64,000 nt of DNA, taken from assembly GCF_050920415.1 (NCBI RefSeq), contig NZ_CP169309.1; one strand, written 5' to 3'. The DNA comes from Escherichia coli. Its GTDB lineage: Bacteria > Pseudomonadota > Gammaproteobacteria > Enterobacterales > Enterobacteriaceae. Numbering within the stretch: position 1 is the first letter of the stretch; the number at the start of each line of letters is the position of its first letter. The position numbers and the translations under genes were made by a program. This document shows positions 33,254 through 43,021 of the stretch, piece by piece. A model generated the notes under the pieces. The model saw nothing but the letters and a program-made list of their open reading frames with translations. It did no database searches and had not been told where the DNA came from.

Positions 33254-34281
33254 AAAACGACACGCCCGATAGCGGAAAACGGAATGAGACACAGGCTCTG
33301 CGTGATGCCTGCTACGGCAATTTTTTTGCTGTCACCGATCTGCTGTACCGCAGTCGTGGCGATGCCATTTCACTGAGAACGGAACCGGAGCAGGAAACGG
33401 TTCATTTTCGTGCCAGTCCTGACATCGCGTTTCCCCTGCGGGATATTGAATCGCTGGAAAAAAATACCGCCGATCAGTACGTAATGACCACCCGATTTAT
33501 GGGGTTATCCGGCAGTTCATCACCATTGCCGGGTTACTATCTGGATGAGATGGCCTGGGTGCAGGCACAGGAAGGCGGCAGCACAACGGCGGATTTCCTG
33601 AACCTCTTCACCCACAGGTATACGCAATTTTTGTACCACATCTGGCGAAAATACCGCTGGTATATCAGTTTTCGTAATGGTGGAACGGATAAGATCTCAC
33701 AGCGGATCTATGCGCTTATCGGGCTGGGCAACCCGCGTGTACGGGAACGGCTGGATATCTGCCACAGCAGGCTGCTGGCTTACGCCGGAATATTATCCGG
33801 CCCCGGACGTTCACCGGCAATGATCTGCGATCTGATCGCACACTGTTTTGATCTGCATGATGTCAGACTGGAAAACTGGCAGTTTCGTCGGGTGGCTATT
33901 CCACCTGATCAGCAAACCCGGCTGGGAAGGTGTGAGCCGGATGCCGAAGGGAAGATGCAGGGTAAATCGGTGCTGGGCGTTAATTTTGTTCTCGGCTCGC
34001 GCGTACCGGATTACAGTGGGAAATTTATGTTGTGTATCAGTAACCTGTCACTGCCGCGATATATGGCCTTTTTGCCCGACGGTGAGGAATACCTGGCGCT
34101 GACCACCTTCGTGGCTTTCCTGTTGCGCGATCAGTTTGCCTGGGAGCTGCGGTTAAGTCTTGTGCCAGAGCAAATTGGTGGAATGCGGCTGGGGGATAAG
34201 AGAAGCTCTCAACTGGGGAGAACCAGTTTTATTGGTAAGCCGCCACGCGAACCCTTTGTGACCATACGGGTCAGGGGATAA
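33217..34281 (+). CDS. tssG: T6SS baseplate subunit TssG (ImpH/VasB family)
   Basis: 354 aa overlapping the tssF 3' end by 37 nt; conserved FMGLSGSSSPLPGYYLDEM block typical of TssG. Confidence 0.8.
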   Translation: MEGKNRSVPPDVENDTPDSGKRNETQALRDACYGNFFAVTDLLYRSRGDAISLRTEPEQETVHFRASPDIAFPLRDIESLEKNTADQYVMTTRFMGLSGSSSPLPGYYLDEMAWVQAQEGGSTTADFLNLFTHRYTQFLYHIWRKYRWYISFRNGGTDKISQRIYALIGLGNPRVRERLDICHSRLLAYAGILSGPGRSPAMICDLIAHCFDLHDVRLENWQFRRVAIPPDQQTRLGRCEPDAEGKMQGKSVLGVNFVLGSRVPDYSGKFMLCISNLSLPRYMAFLPDGEEYLALTTFVAFLLRDQFAWELRLSLVPEQIGGMRLGDKRSSQLGRTSFIGKPPREPFVTIRVRG

Positions 34282-34616
34282 AGCCTGTACTGGCAATTGT
34301 TCCGGCCTGCGCTTTGCGATCCGTCCTTCCAGAAAATCACTTGCCACCTTTTATGGGTCATTGTATCGTTGCGCCGCGTCTGCAAAATCAGGCGTCGGGA
34401 TTGGTCTCCCGGTTATAACTCGTTGACGGCATATGACATTTCTGTGTCATTTCTGTGCCGTGCGTTCGGCTGCACTTCTATGGTGGGGCCGGGTGGGGGC
34501 GTTGAAAGACGCGCCGGTTCCCAACGAGACCGGTAAGACCAACTCCGTCCGGTTCCACCACCCGTAAGATTGGTCTCTTCAGTGGTGGAAAATATATTCT
34601 CGTTGGAGGCCACATT

Positions 34617-35078
34617 ATGGCTGTTATTTCTGTTCATAAAGACGATTTACTTACCATCCCCTTCAGTGCCGCTACTGATTTCACCGATCTGGCTGCTCAC
34701 TGCGATCGCTTCGCCCAGACCCTGATCGAATGCCACAATCCTGCGCTAAAAATGGCGCTCTGTGGCAGGCTTAATACCTGCCTTGCACTGTTGCGGCCCA
34801 CGCTGAACGAGCCGATCCCGCCGCATCTGATTGACGGTTTTATTACGAATGATTTTCCCGATGTTTCACCCGGTTTTGAACCTGATGCAGAATCACTCTG
34901 CGATTACTGCCTGGCGCTGACACAGATACTGAATGGTCACTCACTGTTACCTGAAACCGAAACCACGCTGACCGGGCTGCTGTGCGAGCTGGTCTGGTAT
35001 TTTGCTGACAGTCTGAAAGCCCCGCACTGGATACGTACCGCTGACGGCGTACAGGTTATCGACGGGAGGCCAGCATGA
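34617..35078 (+). CDS. hypothetical protein, 153 aa, translationally coupled to the Ner-like gene
   Basis: Intact ORF; stop overlaps the next gene start (ATGA); no recognisable domain. Confidence 0.45.
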   Translation: MAVISVHKDDLLTIPFSAATDFTDLAAHCDRFAQTLIECHNPALKMALCGRLNTCLALLRPTLNEPIPPHLIDGFITNDFPDVSPGFEPDAESLCDYCLALTQILNGHSLLPETETTLTGLLCELVWYFADSLKAPHWIRTADGVQVIDGRPA

Positions 35079-35329
35079 TGCAGCCGGACTGGCATCCCGC
35101 TGATATTATCGCGGGACTGAGAAAACGGGGGACATCGCTGGCTAAGGTGTCCCGCAGCGCGGGACTGGCGTCCGCCACGCTGGCAAACGCGTTGACCCGT
35201 TCGTGGCCGCGCGGCGAAAAACTCATTGCGGATGCGCTGGAAACATCACCGGAAATTATCTGGCCCTCCAGATATTTCGATAATCAGGGCAACCGCATTG
35301 TAAGACTTATGCGAGAGCGGCGCTCCTGA
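35075..35329 (+). CDS. Ner/Nlp-family small DNA-binding protein
   Basis: 84 aa; DWHPADIIAGLRKRGTSLAKVSRSAGLASATLANAL resembles the Mu Ner / E. coli Nlp (SfsB) HTH family. Confidence 0.7.
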   Translation: MMQPDWHPADIIAGLRKRGTSLAKVSRSAGLASATLANALTRSWPRGEKLIADALETSPEIIWPSRYFDNQGNRIVRLMRERRS

Positions 35330-35365
35330 TGGCAGAAGCGTCAGATACAAGGTTACGGTAAAATA

Positions 35366-35409
35366 TCTCCCGGCTCTCTGCCTGCTTCTGCTGGCAGAGA
35401 GCCGGGAGA
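35366..35409 (+). terminator. strong stem-loop downstream of the Ner-like gene (17-bp perfect stem, no U-tract)
   Basis: tctcccggctctctgcc / ggcagagagccgggaga inverted repeat with about a 10-nt loop. Confidence 0.4.
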
Positions 35410-36219
35410 AGACAAGCGAAGCGCGGCAGTTTTTCAGTCACGAAGTAAGCAAACAATCTTTTAAACGCAAAAAACGTTTTTTCTTTCTGCGCCAGAAATA
35501 ACGGTGTAATCTCCCTCCTGCACTATGCCTTCGGGCACCCTTTGGCTTCATGGTCTGCAAGAAGCCCCTGATTTATCAGGACGACCAGCCCTTGCTACCG
35601 GTACGACCTCCGCAATACCGGAACGCGAAAGCGTTTGAGGCGAAGTAATTACACACCGGACAGCCCCATCGTCATCGTTTTACCGCAACGGCCTTCACTG
35701 GCTGCAAGGTTTCTCTTTGCCGGAATTTCTCCGGCCTGCTTATCCCCTGCTGATGACCAGCGCCTTTTACATGACGGGCTGCGGCCTGCATTGCCGTCAG
35801 GCTTTGCTGCCGCGTGACCGTTAATCTACCAGACTGTTAATTTTCGAATACTGCACCAGAAACGCAATGTTTACCCCTTGCACCAGACGAGGCGTCACTT
35901 TGATCGCGTCAGCGAAAAAGCAAAGTGACGCCGCACAACTCACCGCCGCAAGCCGCGCCAGTTCTGGCCTGCGCCCTGTTTCCGCCGTCTGACATGCCCT
36001 TTGGGGCCGTTGTCAGCTCAGAGTAAAGGAGAAAAAGATCGATACCGAGGGGGGCACGACGCCCCGGAGACACCCCTGCTTCGTCAGGCAGTCTGTACTG
36101 CGTACAGCCTGAAACTCCCTAAACCTCAACAAACTGCCACTCCGGCGTGAAGGTATCGTTCTGGCGCAGCCAAAAAGCACACGCCGGAGACTGTTTGTTT
36201 TTGTTGTCAGGGGAGAGTC

Positions 36220-37104
36220 ATGAGCAAATTAAGCAGTGAAATGAAGGCGCTGGCGAAGAAAGCGGGCGGCAGCTTCAAAACGGTGAATGATCGTATTCAT
36301 GCCACGAAGCGGTTCAGCCAGCATTTACGCGAACTGAATATCCAGATCCAGCGGGTGGAGCAGATCAAAGTTCGCCATATCGAATGCTACATTCAGGAGC
36401 GGCTGGAGCAGGATATTGGTTTACGCACGCTGCAAAACGAAATGGCGGCGCTGCGCTCCGTACTGAGACTGGCGGGACGCCGACAGGTGGTGGAGCATCC
36501 GCGCCTGACCAATAAGGCGCTGGGGCTGTCAGGCGCTTCGCGCAACGGCACGCGCCGCGCCATTACGCCGGAACATTATGAAAAAGTGATGGAGAGCGCC
36601 CGTGCACAGGATGCGGGGCTGGCGGCAGCGGTGGAGATTGCGCGGCTGATGGGATTACGCTCGCAGGAGGCGGTACAGAGTTCACAGTCGCTGAAAACGT
36701 GGCTGAAAGCCATTTCCCGCGGCGAAACCCGGCTGAAAGTGGTGTTTGGCACCAAAGGCGGGCGTCCACGTTACACAACGATCCTGGACGCTGGTGCAGT
36801 CAGAAAGGCGGTGGAAAACGCGTTACCGATCGCCAGACAGCGCAATGGCAGGCTGATCGACAGGCCTGACCTCAAAACAGCGCTGGAGAGCTGGCACAAA
36901 CAGGCCATTAAGGCGGGACTGAAGGGGGAATTTTCCCCGCACTCACTGCGTTATGCATGGGCACAGGACGCGATCCGTTATTATCTGGCGCAGGGATTCA
37001 GCGAAAAAGAATCCCTGGCGCTGACGGCAACGGATCTGGGCCACGGCGACGGTCGCGGCCGCTGGGTGAAACAGGTGTACGGCTACCGCTGGAAGGAGGA
37101 ATAA
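36220..37104 (+). CDS. tyrosine recombinase (phage integrase family)-like protein, 294 aa
   Basis: Catalytic-residue pattern consistent with tyrosine recombinases: GLRSQEA (box I Arg), HSLRYAWAQ (HxLR), C-terminal VYGYRW (Tyr). Confidence 0.6.
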   Translation: MSKLSSEMKALAKKAGGSFKTVNDRIHATKRFSQHLRELNIQIQRVEQIKVRHIECYIQERLEQDIGLRTLQNEMAALRSVLRLAGRRQVVEHPRLTNKALGLSGASRNGTRRAITPEHYEKVMESARAQDAGLAAAVEIARLMGLRSQEAVQSSQSLKTWLKAISRGETRLKVVFGTKGGRPRYTTILDAGAVRKAVENALPIARQRNGRLIDRPDLKTALESWHKQAIKAGLKGEFSPHSLRYAWAQDAIRYYLAQGFSEKESLALTATDLGHGDGRGRWVKQVYGYRWKEE

Positions 37105-37429
37105 CTGAATTCATGAATGGCGCAAAATAGTACGTTATTGTGTAATGACAGCAATCAGTCTGGCGCAGGGACCGGATGAAATAAAACAACCGGATACCTG
37201 CCGTTATCACTTAACAATATAGTGATAATATTGTTACTGTATGGCGAGTAAATATCAATAACCCAGACCTTCCTGCTTCATCAGTGTGTTTTTCTGGAAT
37301 ATTATAGTGATTACCCCTGTAATCACTCGAAACGTTCCCTATTGATAACAGGTGTTTTAATCGTTTTTACCGATACCACAGGACTGGGAAAATGTTAAAA
37401 TGCCAATTCACCAGAATTTCACATTAATT

Positions 37430-37920
37430 CTGGCGCAGGATTATATCTGAATAATTCTCTCCATGTTTTCCTGCATCCTGTGACATATATTGTATGCTCA
37501 CAGAATGTCTCATGATTTTATAAAAAATGCTGCGACAGTTTTTGACATCATTACCTGCTACATATAGATTAACAATCTTCGGTGCTTCATGTTGTTTTTT
37601 GCACTTTGTGATCATTATCAGGTGGTTAAAATACAATCTGGTGCAGACTGTCATGGCGCATTTCCAAATAAACTGGTTGCGCCAGAAAGGGAAAGGGTCA
37701 TAAAGGTTAAGGGGCAATAAGGGTAACAGCGCCTGACCGGAAAGGGCGGAAAACTAAAGGGCCAGAAACTGGCGCAGTCCTGAGTATTTTAAATCGCAGG
37801 ATGCTGGTGTAGATATCGGCTAATCCGAAATGGTGCAGGATTTTATCTCTGCGTATCTGGTGCGGTTCTTAAAGGTTGCAGGATATATTTTCATGATCAG
37901 GTTGTGGTGCAGATATTTTT
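37430..37920. repeat. array of iteron-like direct repeats (consensus about TGGTGCAGGATnTTATCT)
   Basis: ctggcgcaggattatatctg, tggtgcagactg, cgcaggatgctggtgtagatatcg, ggtgcaggattttatctctg, ggttgcaggatatatttt, ggtgcagatatttttg within about 500 bp of AT-rich ORF-poor DNA. Confidence 0.4.
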
Positions 37921-37972
37921 GCGTATTAATTGTTTTTTCCGTGAAATTATCGCTTATTGATAGATTTCCACC

Positions 37973-37998
37973 TGTTTTGATTTGCATGCAAATCAAAA
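37973..37998. promoter_or_regulatory. perfect 26-bp palindrome (candidate protein-binding site)
   Basis: gttttgatttgcatgcaaatcaaaac is its own reverse complement; a second dyad (aaattattcac-tg-gtgaataattt) lies at about 38045..38068. Confidence 0.4.
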
Positions 37999-38249
37999 CG
38001 GTCAGTTTCCTATTAATAAGGCGTTAATTAATAGGTTTTTACCCAAAATTATTCACTGGTGAATAATTTCGTACTATTTCCAATTAATAATAACAAACAC
38101 AATGGCAATACCTCTCAATACAAAAAAGCAGATCCCCGTCAATCAGGATCTGCTTTTCCATTTTTACAGAATTACATTATTTCTGACTCAGGCAGGCCTG
38201 TGTCACCAGGTATGGCTGATAACGGCTATTTCTGTTGCCATATGGAGCA

Positions 38250-39461
38250 CTATATTGCCCTTACAGTCACAGATGCCTCACTGATCTTCTGCCCCCACCA
38301 ATTCATCAGTTCCACACGCTGAACCAGGTAAACTGCGCGGTTGTAGGCAACACGTGTTGGATTTTCATCAATATGTGACAAAACTGCTTCCACCGCATCC
38401 GGCATAAATCCGGCTTCATGCAGCGCCGTACTGCCCAGCGCGCGGAAACCATGTGAAACCAACTCGCCGCCGTAACCCATCCGCCATAATGCCTTGTTGA
38501 CCGTCTCACTGTGCATTGGCTGGCTGCGTTTAACCCTGCCGGGAAAGACATACAGCGAATGCTCACTTAATGGCTTAAGCTGCGCCAATACCGACATTGC
38601 CTGTGGTGACAGTGGCACCTGGTGCTCACGCTTCATCTTCATGCGTTCAGCCGGGATAGTCCAGAGCCGTTTATCCATATCAATCTCACACCACATCGTT
38701 CCTGCGGCCTCAGCAGGGCGTACCAGGGTCAGGAGTTGCCATTGCAGCAATAACCGCGTCATGGGGCTTAAACAGGTTGTGTGGACCCGCTGCATGAGTT
38801 CCGGCAGACGCTCCGGGCGAATGGTCGGCATATGCTGCTTTTTCGGCTTCACGAATGCTTCATCAATGGTTGACGCCGGGTTTGCATCCAGCAGGCCTGT
38901 ATTAATGGCGAATTTCATGACCTCATTAATTCGCTGCGTCAGCCGGTGCAACGTCTCCAGCGTGCCACGCGCCCGTACAGGCTCCAGGGCGGAAATAAGC
39001 GTGTGCGCTTTCAGTTCTGTCACTGGCATCTGCCCAATGGCCGGGAACACATCGCGCTCCAGCGATCTCCAGATATCGTCTGCATAATCTTCGGAGATTC
39101 TGGTTTTCTTCACCGCGAACCATCTCGTCGCCACATTAATAAACAGGCTCTCCACCGCCAGCCGCTCCCGTTCGGCTTCCTCCTGCTCCAGTTTCTTTGG
39201 GTCAATACCTTTCACAAGCAGGGAAAGCTGTTCGGCGTGTAATGCGCGTGCGCTGGCAAGCGACATGGCAGGATAATGCCCGAGAGTGATGGTGGTTCGC
39301 GCAGTCGAATTTGGCCGTTTGTAACGAAAACGCCAGATCTTTTTACCGCTGGTTCTGACAAACAGGGTCAGCCCCTGCCCGTCAAACAGTTCGTAATCTT
39401 TATCAGAGGGTTTTGCTTTCTGGACTTCGCAAGCTGATAACGGACGGGTAAGAACAGCCAT
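38250..39461 (-). CDS. int: P4-type (tRNA-associated) tyrosine integrase
   Basis: 403 aa; N-terminal LSACEVQKAKPSDKDYELFDGQGLTLFV... block typical of P4-like integrases; gene ends 265 bp from the 3' end of tRNA-Lys. Confidence 0.9.
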   Translation of the reverse strand: MAVLTRPLSACEVQKAKPSDKDYELFDGQGLTLFVRTSGKKIWRFRYKRPNSTARTTITLGHYPAMSLASARALHAEQLSLLVKGIDPKKLEQEEAERERLAVESLFINVATRWFAVKKTRISEDYADDIWRSLERDVFPAIGQMPVTELKAHTLISALEPVRARGTLETLHRLTQRINEVMKFAINTGLLDANPASTIDEAFVKPKKQHMPTIRPERLPELMQRVHTTCLSPMTRLLLQWQLLTLVRPAEAAGTMWCEIDMDKRLWTIPAERMKMKREHQVPLSPQAMSVLAQLKPLSEHSLYVFPGRVKRSQPMHSETVNKALWRMGYGGELVSHGFRALGSTALHEAGFMPDAVEAVLSHIDENPTRVAYNRAVYLVQRVELMNWWGQKISEASVTVRAI

Positions 39462-39726
39462 ACAATCACTCCTTAAATGTCAGTTGAAAATGACAGTGAT
39501 TGAGTGGTGCAATATTTTGTTTTCTTGAAGTTTTTTCAGCAGGAAACTGAATATGGGCCTACAAGATTTCCACCGCCAGAAGCATAGGCCCATTCGTAGG
39601 CCCATTTGCTCTGGATTCCCCGAACCCCGGAGAGAAGCATACAGACGAAAAAAAACCGTATCCTGTTGACAGTGATACGGTTTTCTTACTTCCCCGGACT
39701 CTATGAGACATCCCAAGAATGTATGT

Positions 39727-39802
39727 TGGTGGGTCGTGCAGGATTCGAACCTGCGACCAATTGATTAAAAGTCAACTGCTCTACCAACTGAGCTAACGAC
39801 CC
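39727..39802 (-). tRNA. lysV: tRNA-Lys (anticodon UUU)
   Basis: Reverse complement reads GGGTCGTTAGCTCAGTTGGTAGAGCAGTTGACTTTTAATCAATTGGTCGCAGGTTCGAATCCTGCACGACCCACCA. Confidence 0.95.
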
Positions 39803-39806
39803 GAAG

Positions 39807-39882
39807 TGGTGGGTGATGACGGGATCGAACCGCCGACCCCCTCCTTGTAAGGGAGGTGCTCTCCCAGCTGAGCTAATCACCC
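39807..39882 (-). tRNA. valY: tRNA-Val (anticodon UAC)
   Basis: Reverse complement reads GGGTGATTAGCTCAGCTGGGAGAGCACCTCCCTTACAAGGAGGGGGTCGGCGGTTCGATCCCGTCATCACCCACCA. Confidence 0.95.
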
Positions 39883-39928
39883 ACTTCGGTACTTCACATT
39901 GTTACAAGAAATCTAGCTGGCGAGAAAG

Positions 39929-40004
39929 TGGTGGGTGATGACGGGATCGAACCGCCGACCCCCTCCTTGTAAGGGAGGTGCTCTCCCAGCTGAGCTAATC
40001 ACCC
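39929..40004 (-). tRNA. valX: tRNA-Val (anticodon UAC)
   Basis: Identical copy of the tRNA-Val sequence. Confidence 0.95.
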
Positions 40005-40047
40005 ACTTCTCAATTTCTTGCTACACGGCGGAGACTACATAAGTAGT

Positions 40048-40123
40048 TGGTGGGTGATGACGGGATCGAACCGCCGACCCCCTCCTTGTAAGGGAGGTGC
40101 TCTCCCAGCTGAGCTAATCACCC
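40048..40123 (-). tRNA. valU: tRNA-Val (anticodon UAC)
   Basis: Third tRNA-Val copy; one 3'-proximal substitution (acceptor stem ...caccccc). Confidence 0.9.
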
Positions 40124-40381
40124 CCGCTGTGTGGAGTCGCATTATAGGGAGAGTTCAAAATGAGTCAACGCATTTTCTAAAGAAATTGTTCGTTCGTCGT
40201 AAATTTAAGCAAGATGATCGCAAAACAGACCGTGTTGCGCAATTTGTCAACGAAAACAATAATGCGTAAGGTTGCAACCCGAACTACATTGAGGAATCAG
40301 GCGGGAGTGATAGAATATCGCCCACTCAATTTTTCCAGGATTTGCCGGTTGTCGGCATCTTTCTAAACGTAAGGCCATTTC

Positions 40382-41797
40382 ATGAAAATCAAAACTCGCT
40401 TCGCGCCAAGCCCAACAGGCTATCTACACGTTGGCGGCGCGCGTACTGCTCTTTACTCCTGGCTTTTTGCACGTAACCACGGCGGTGAGTTCGTGCTGCG
40501 TATTGAAGACACCGATCTTGAGCGTTCCACGCCGGAAGCTATCGAAGCCATTATGGATGGTATGAACTGGCTGAGCCTGGAGTGGGATGAAGGTCCGTAC
40601 TTCCAGACCAAACGTTTTGATCGCTACAACGCGGTGATCGATCAGATGCTGGAAGAGGGCACTGCCTATAAATGCTACTGCTCCAAAGAGCGTCTGGAAG
40701 CGCTGCGTGAAGAGCAAATGGCAAAAGGTGAGAAACCACGTTATGACGGTCGCTGCCGCCACAGTCATGAGCATCACGCTGATGATGAGCCGTGTGTCGT
40801 ACGTTTTGCTAACCCGCAGGAAGGTTCTGTTGTTTTTGACGATCAGATCCGTGGTCCGATCGAGTTCAGCAACCAGGAGCTGGATGATCTGATTATCCGC
40901 CGTACCGATGGTTCCCCAACCTATAACTTCTGTGTGGTTGTCGATGACTGGGATATGGAAATCACCCACGTTATCCGTGGCGAAGACCATATCAACAACA
41001 CACCGCGCCAGATTAACATTCTTAAGGCTCTGAAAGCGCCGGTACCGGTTTACGCGCACGTTTCTATGATCAACGGCGATGACGGTAAAAAACTGTCCAA
41101 ACGTCACGGGGCGGTCAGCGTAATGCAGTATCGTGATGATGGTTATCTGCCTGAAGCACTGCTGAACTATCTGGTGCGTCTGGGCTGGTCCCACGGCGAT
41201 CAGGAAATCTTCACTCGTGAAGAGATGATTAAATACTTCACTCTGAATGCCGTCAGCAAATCTGCCAGTGCGTTCAACACCGACAAGCTGCTGTGGCTGA
41301 ACCATCACTACATTAACGCGCTGCCGCCGGAGTATGTTGCTACTCACTTACAATGGCACATTGAGCAGGAAAATATCGATACCCGTAACGGCCCGCAGCT
41401 GGCTGATCTGGTGAAACTGCTGGGCGAACGCTGCAAGACGCTGAAAGAGATGGCACAGAGCTGCCGTTATTTCTACGAAGATTTTGCTGAGTTCGATGCC
41501 GACGCCGCGAAAAAACATCTGCGTCCGGTAGCGCGTCAGCCGCTGGAAGTGGTTCGTGACAAACTGACTGCGATTACTGACTGGACCGCTGAAAACGTTC
41601 ATCACGCTATTCAGGCGACGGCGGATGAGCTGGAAGTGGGTATGGGTAAAGTTGGTATGCCGCTGCGTGTCGCCGTAACCGGTGCGGGGCAGTCTCCGGC
41701 GCTGGATGTTACCGTTCACGCAATCGGTAAGACCCGCAGTATCGAGCGTATCAACAAAGCGCTGGCTTTTATTGCTGAACGCGAAAATCAGCAGTAA
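40382..41797 (+). CDS. gltX: glutamate--tRNA ligase
   Basis: 471 aa with class I HIGH-type motif ([19 protein letters not shown]) and KLSKR motif. Confidence 0.97.
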   Translation: MKIKTRFAPSPTGYLHVGGARTALYSWLFARNHGGEFVLRIEDTDLERSTPEAIEAIMDGMNWLSLEWDEGPYFQTKRFDRYNAVIDQMLEEGTAYKCYCSKERLEALREEQMAKGEKPRYDGRCRHSHEHHADDEPCVVRFANPQEGSVVFDDQIRGPIEFSNQELDDLIIRRTDGSPTYNFCVVVDDWDMEITHVIRGEDHINNTPRQINILKALKAPVPVYAHVSMINGDDGKKLSKRHGAVSVMQYRDDGYLPEALLNYLVRLGWSHGDQEIFTREEMIKYFTLNAVSKSASAFNTDKLLWLNHHYINALPPEYVATHLQWHIEQENIDTRNGPQLADLVKLLGERCKTLKEMAQSCRYFYEDFAEFDADAAKKHLRPVARQPLEVVRDKLTAITDWTAENVHHAIQATADELEVGMGKVGMPLRVAVTGAGQSPALDVTVHAIGKTRSIERINKALAFIAERENQQ

Positions 41798-41847
41798 TTA
41801 GCGCATAAAAGATAAACGGCAGGAGAGATACCCCTGCCGTTTTTTAT

Positions 41848-42240
41848 TTATTCTGATTCATCTATGTCGAGACGAGCAAGGAAATGACGAATTCCTTCAC
41901 GTGACAAAAATTGCGCAACTTTTTCCTGCTCACTGTGAGTCATGTTGTCTATTGCGCTGATGATTTGCCGATAAGCGGGAGTGCGAATCCCCGGTGCATA
42001 TTCGGCAAGCGGTTCTTCGGCTTCCAGAAGCATCGGCGTGTTATGGAAGGCTGGCGTGTTCTGAATAAACTCGCAAACTTGCGTATCGACCAGAATAAGT
42101 CTGGCACGACCGCCTTTCACGCCGGGAAATTTTTCCGTTTTCCAGCCTTTCTCTCTGATCCAACGGTTAACAGTTTGTTTAGCCACACCGAGGCATTCCG
42201 CCAGTTCTTCGGTGGTCATTTTATTGCGTAATCTTTTCAT
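41848..42240 (-). CDS. yfeD: putative DNA-binding protein YfeD
   Basis: 130 aa with N-terminal HTH-like segment (TTEELAECLGVAKQTVNRWIREKGW); paralogue of the adjacent yfeC. Confidence 0.8.
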   Translation of the reverse strand: MKRLRNKMTTEELAECLGVAKQTVNRWIREKGWKTEKFPGVKGGRARLILVDTQVCEFIQNTPAFHNTPMLLEAEEPLAEYAPGIRTPAYRQIISAIDNMTHSEQEKVAQFLSREGIRHFLARLDIDESE

Positions 42241-42241
42241 A

Positions 42242-42601
42242 TTATTTGCTATCGCGAATCCCTAAGCGTTGTAATAACCCGATAATCCCTTCCCGCAGAA
42301 GCAAGGATGTAAACTGTTTTTGTTCAACTGGCGTCATCTCTTTCGCCAGTGTCACCAGTAACACTTCAAGCGGCGTATCACCAGACAGGGCAGGTGCTTC
42401 TCCCTGACCTTCCGGACGCTCTGCATTCCGAATATATTCACGAACCTGTTCATTGACGTGAACCAGTCTGGCTTTGCCACCCTGGACGCCTGGTTTTGGT
42501 GACGTCGTCCAGCCTTCCTTGCGTACCCATTTATTAATGGTCTGACGGCTATAACCGGTCAGTCTGGCAAGTTCATCTGGCGTCATCCTCTCCTTGAACA
42601 T
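42242..42601 (-). CDS. yfeC: putative DNA-binding protein YfeC
   Basis: 119-aa ORF as called (possible ATG start at 42586 giving 114 aa); HTH-like MTPDELARLTGYSRQTINKWVRKEGW. Confidence 0.8.
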   Translation of the reverse strand: MFKERMTPDELARLTGYSRQTINKWVRKEGWTTSPKPGVQGGKARLVHVNEQVREYIRNAERPEGQGEAPALSGDTPLEVLLVTLAKEMTPVEQKQFTSLLLREGIIGLLQRLGIRDSK

Positions 42602-42821
42602 AACAATTCCCTGAATGTATGTAGGTCTATTAGCGGTTCATTTTATAACACCACTTTACAGGAAACCGTGACATGAATAACTACTGAATGCGAGCGGTTT
42701 TCCAAAATTGTTCATTTGCCTGATTTTTCAGCGATTGAAACTACACGCTGCAATTTGCCGTTGACACATTCGGGCGGAATTCATATGATGCCGCCCGTCA
42801 ACTCGACAAGCTTTACGTGAT

Positions 42822-42897
<76 letters not shown>

Positions 42898-42936
42898 AAT
42901 TTTGCACCCAGCAAATTTGGTACGTAAACGACTCGT

Positions 42937-43012
<76 letters not shown>

Positions 43013-43021
43013 AATTTCAAA

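Noticed and set aside
35635-35817. 60-aa ORF in the ORF-free GC-normal stretch
   Set aside because: Short, no RBS; treated as chance ORF, with the region flagged instead as a possible decayed gene or ncRNA.
37424-37717. 97-aa minus-strand ORF in the AT-rich repeat region
   Set aside because: No RBS, implausible composition, and it overlaps the iteron-like repeats; the region is more likely regulatory or non-coding.
38494-39087. 197-aa plus-strand ORF inside the P4-type integrase gene
   Set aside because: Antisense to the integrase; shadow ORF.
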